A DNA stretch of 64,000 bases from Candidatus Hydrogenedentota bacterium (lineage in GTDB: Bacteria > Hydrogenedentota > Hydrogenedentia > Hydrogenedentales > SLHB01). Both the position numbers and the translations under genes were made by a program. The DNA lies in assembly GCA_045863295.1 (NCBI GenBank), contig BTWA01000001.1, forward strand, positions 244,337 through 308,336, given 5' to 3'. Shown here one piece after another: positions 62,638 to 64,000 of the stretch (position 1 is its first letter; the number at the start of each line of letters is the position of its first letter). The notes beneath the pieces were generated by a model. That model was given only the letters and a program-made list of their open reading frames with translations, was not told where the DNA came from and did not search any database.

Positions 62638-64000
62638 GTCGAAAACTCCCTCCTGGTTTTTTTAGGACCGCACCGATGGCCTTGCAATCGGTTGTCGTGC
62701 CTTGCCCCTGAGTCAAACCCTTCCAACCGTTACGCGCCGGCCCCTCCTGAATGGATTGAAACTGCGCGTGTCACCCGCTGTAAGCAAAGGCGCCGCCTAT
62801 GCTTGGACGTGTTACTCTACCACAGGCGCCGGATCTGGTCAATCTGTATACCTAGCGGTAGGAAGGGGTTCCGCCGGATTGTGGCCGTCTGCGCGTCCCG
62901 CATCCCACGCCCAACCGGAACGCGCTTGCCCTTCTGAAAACCTCGGGCGTTCCCCATCCGGCGCGCCGCGGGCCCGTTCCGTGACGGCCGGTTTCCCTCG
63001 GCCAAAAGCATTCGGAAATCATAGCGCTCTCCAGAGTTTTTTTGTCCGTGACGTGCGCAATTTGGAGACGAGAATCGCGTGCACCTGAATGTGAATCGAA
63101 CGTACATTCTTTCCTCAATCCGAAACCTCGATTTGGATCGCAGTCGCGATCCAAACTCGCACTCGATCGCGTCGAATTTTACAACCGCGAACACACACGA
63201 TTCAGGCGCGACGATTTCCGCGCGCGAGCATGCAAGCGATGCCAAAACTGTCGTTTGCCGTCTTTTTCAAAAAAATTTTTTCAGCCGGGATGAACGCCTG
63301 AAAACCGTTCTTTGCACCCTTTCGAAGGTTGGATCCGGCGATCGCAATTGGACGATCGCATCGTTCGTGATCGCAGATCGGCCTTATTTTATAGGGTGAT
63401 CCACGATCGACGCCGCATTCGCACGCACGAACAAACGGGGAGCGATAACCACTTTGAGCGGTCTCGAATGGTCGTGATCGGGGATAGTCGTAAAGAAATA
63501 AAAAACAAGAAAATGCTTGCTATTTTTTACGTTCTCTGCTACACAAATACTAGTCGGTTGTACAACGGAGCGTCGATGAGGTCTCAAAAGACGACGCAAC
63601 GGTGCCAACGACACGAGCGGAAGGAACAAAAATCCGCTTCCGAAAATTGAATCAAAGTGACGATGCGAACGAAAAATCTTTGCGGTCCAGGTTGGCCAAT
63701 GAACCTATGTCGGAGTGCTGGTCCCACATCGACCCTGGCTTGCGAAAGATGCGTTTCCGGGTACAATTGAGAAGTGAATCGCCGGAAGGCAGTTTGCATC
63801 ACGTGAATGCATGAAGAGTCTCGGAGGAAGGCCGTACGCTCGGTGACAGTGAGCGCAAGATGGCCTTTTCGTGGGGTAGTAGGGAGCAATACGGGGTTCG
63901 ACACGGCAATCTGGACGGGTTGCCGGGCGCCATTTCCCAATTTCCCAATGAAATACCCCGGGATTTCTGTGTACAACGGGCGTCTGAGGCCGCCCGTGCC

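Noticed and set aside
63100..63560. Replication origin
   Set aside because: GATC-rich with AT tracts, but no DnaA boxes (TTATCCACA) were found by eye.
63872..64000. tmRNA/tRNA-like 5' end (GGG..GGTTCGAC)
   Set aside because: Only a short motif match; no cloverleaf or acceptor partner is visible and the window ends.

Overview
GC-rich diderm bacterial chromosome segment. The lineage cannot be determined here; the gene content would fit a Hydrogenedentota/PVC-like organism, which is only a guess. The window is dominated by a ~55 kb cell-surface island, all on the + strand. (1) Two large secreted proteins carry CFI-box-type sorting segments. One is a ~1730-aa repeat protein behind a near-consensus sigma70 promoter. 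The other has a catalytically dead matrixin-like domain and an internal second signal peptide. (2) A type II secretion operon, gspC-D-E-F-G-H-I-J-K-L-M. (3) Directly behind it, an unusual second type IV filament system: pilB-pilT-pilB-pilC, a GspG-like Cys-free major pilin, three minor pilins, a ~2330-aa GspK/PilX-like tip pilin with REP-like palindromes inserted in-frame in its leader, a ~2180-aa beta-helix/IPT protein in the usual PilY1 position, a PEGA-FGE lipoprotein, a PilM-PilN fusion, PilO/P-like genes, and a TPR-secretin with 18 FG repeats in its N3 loop. Flanking genes are a lytic transglycosylase (5'-partial), an MFS transporter, waaA, sugar ABC permeases plus binding protein, a degenerate alpha/beta hydrolase and SCP2. 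No prepilin peptidase, rRNA, tRNA, CRISPR or transposase was recognised. All family assignments are by eye from motifs, without database searches.
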